64,000 bases of DNA. Origin: the human T2T-CHM13v2.0 reference genome, Homo sapiens. The translations under genes and the position numbers were made by a program. The stretch lies in NCBI RefSeq assembly GCF_009914755.1, contig NC_060927.1; one strand, 5' to 3'. This document shows, piece after piece, positions 62,661-64,000 of this stretch; position 1 is the stretch's first letter, and each line of letters opens with the position of its first letter. Under the pieces are notes generated by a model. That model saw nothing but the letters and a program-made list of their open reading frames with translations, made no database searches and had not been told where the DNA came from.

Positions 62661-63509
62661 CAACAAGTTGCTTTTTGTTGCTAATATATCACAAATACTG
62701 CCACAATGCTTTCTCAGGCCTTTTAAGAATATTATTTCCCATAACATCATTATTATTTTGTACTGTTAGTGTTTTATGACTAACACAGTGTAAAATCACT
62801 AATTTTCCTTTATAACTTAACCAGAGAGTGATCAATGTTTTAAAGAAACCCAATGAGTGAAGAATAGGAAATTTAACAACTGCAGATATTAAAACTATTA
62901 TACCTCCACTATGCCAAGAGTCATCATGATTTATTATAATTACTTTAGTTAAACTTCTCTTTTTACTGATAACTATTCAGTCCTACAAAGGCAGAAATAA
63001 ATGTATCCCTAGAACCTAACATCATGTGAGGCAACCAGTAAGAGTTCCTTTAATATGTGTTCAATAAACAATAAATAAAACAAACTCTTAGAATGCTAAA
63101 AGGTGTGTGAGCATGTATTACTGAACAGCTCTCACACAAAGTACCTCAGTACATCTCAGCCACTATATGTAACCTCATTACAAAGTCTACTATTTACAGC
63201 AGTGTTTATTTGCCTTGTTCTAGGTAGCTGGTTGATAAGACAGGAAAGATTTTTCTATCTTCCTTCAATATCATTAAAAAGAAAATCAGTAACTTTTTAT
63301 ATTTCTGTTAAGAACTCATTTCTTATACCTTTTTTCAACTTTAAGATATATTAAACTAGTAAAGTAAATTAGCTACAAAACTCCAGGAAATGTTAGTATT
63401 CTACATGAATTAAGAATGGTGACTTACATGTAAAATTGATTAAAAGTGATACAAAAAGCTGTTTTCACTCCATACTCCCACCTCAAAAGAAAACCTTCAC
63501 TATAAGAGG

Positions 63510-64000
63510 CCGAATCAGTGACCCTCCACATATGCTCTAATTCCTGGATCCTCTGAATGTGTTAGGTTACATGGTAAAAGGGGCTCTGCAGATGTAATTA
63601 AGGTTAAGGATCTTAGATGAAAAGATTATCCTGGATATCCCTGTAGTCTGATCTAATCGCATGGGCCTTTAAAAGCAGAAAACTTTCTCAGGTTGGAAGC
63701 AGTGTGACACAGCAGCATAAATTAGAGAGATCTGAAGCATGGGAAGGCTCTGAGATGGGACCCACAGGCAAGGACTTCAGAGGCCTCTAGGAAATCCTGG
63801 AAAGCATGAGAAGGAATGTGGGCAGCCTCTAGGAGGAAAGACCAGGCTTCAACTGACAGCCAGCATAAAAACAGGATCTCCAACAACTTAAATAAACTTG
63901 GAAGTAAATTCTTCCCCAGAGCCTCCAGTAAGGAATATAAGCCTTGCTGACACCTTGATTTTAGCCTGGCAAGACCCATGTCCAATTTCTAACCTACAGA
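63510..64000 (+). mobile_element. MLT1 (D/E-like) LTR, cut by the window edge
   Basis: ttacatggtaaaagggg...gcagatgtaattaaggtt...ccagagcctccag...gacaccttgattttagcctgg. Confidence 0.8.

Overview
Primate (most likely human) genomic DNA: AT-rich, intronic and dense in interspersed repeats (about 20 Alus, L1/L2/MIR fragments, Tigger/MER DNA transposons, solo LTRs). The only host-gene coding sequence I found is two spliced exons on the minus strand, both missed by the ORF track. They encode part of the DNA primase large subunit (PRIM2/p58): a 73-nt exon at 47598-47670 ([24 protein letters not shown]) and a 187-nt exon at 42486-42672 (LSTKSFPPCMRQLHKALRE...GKMDPDK). The second exon carries a +1 frameshift and two in-frame stops but keeps its GT-AG splice sites. 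The window is therefore best read as the unprocessed, segmentally duplicated PRIM2 pseudogene (probably PRIM2BP), not the functional gene. I see no evidence of a new multi-gene system. The most interesting signals are: clustered inactivating lesions in one frame-symmetric, Alu-flanked exon; several hairpin-forming template-switch-like scars inside old repeats; a three-armed Alu; short dispersed duplicated patches; and a nested TE series. Repeat subfamily names and PRIM2 residue numbers come from memory of consensus sequences and were not computed.
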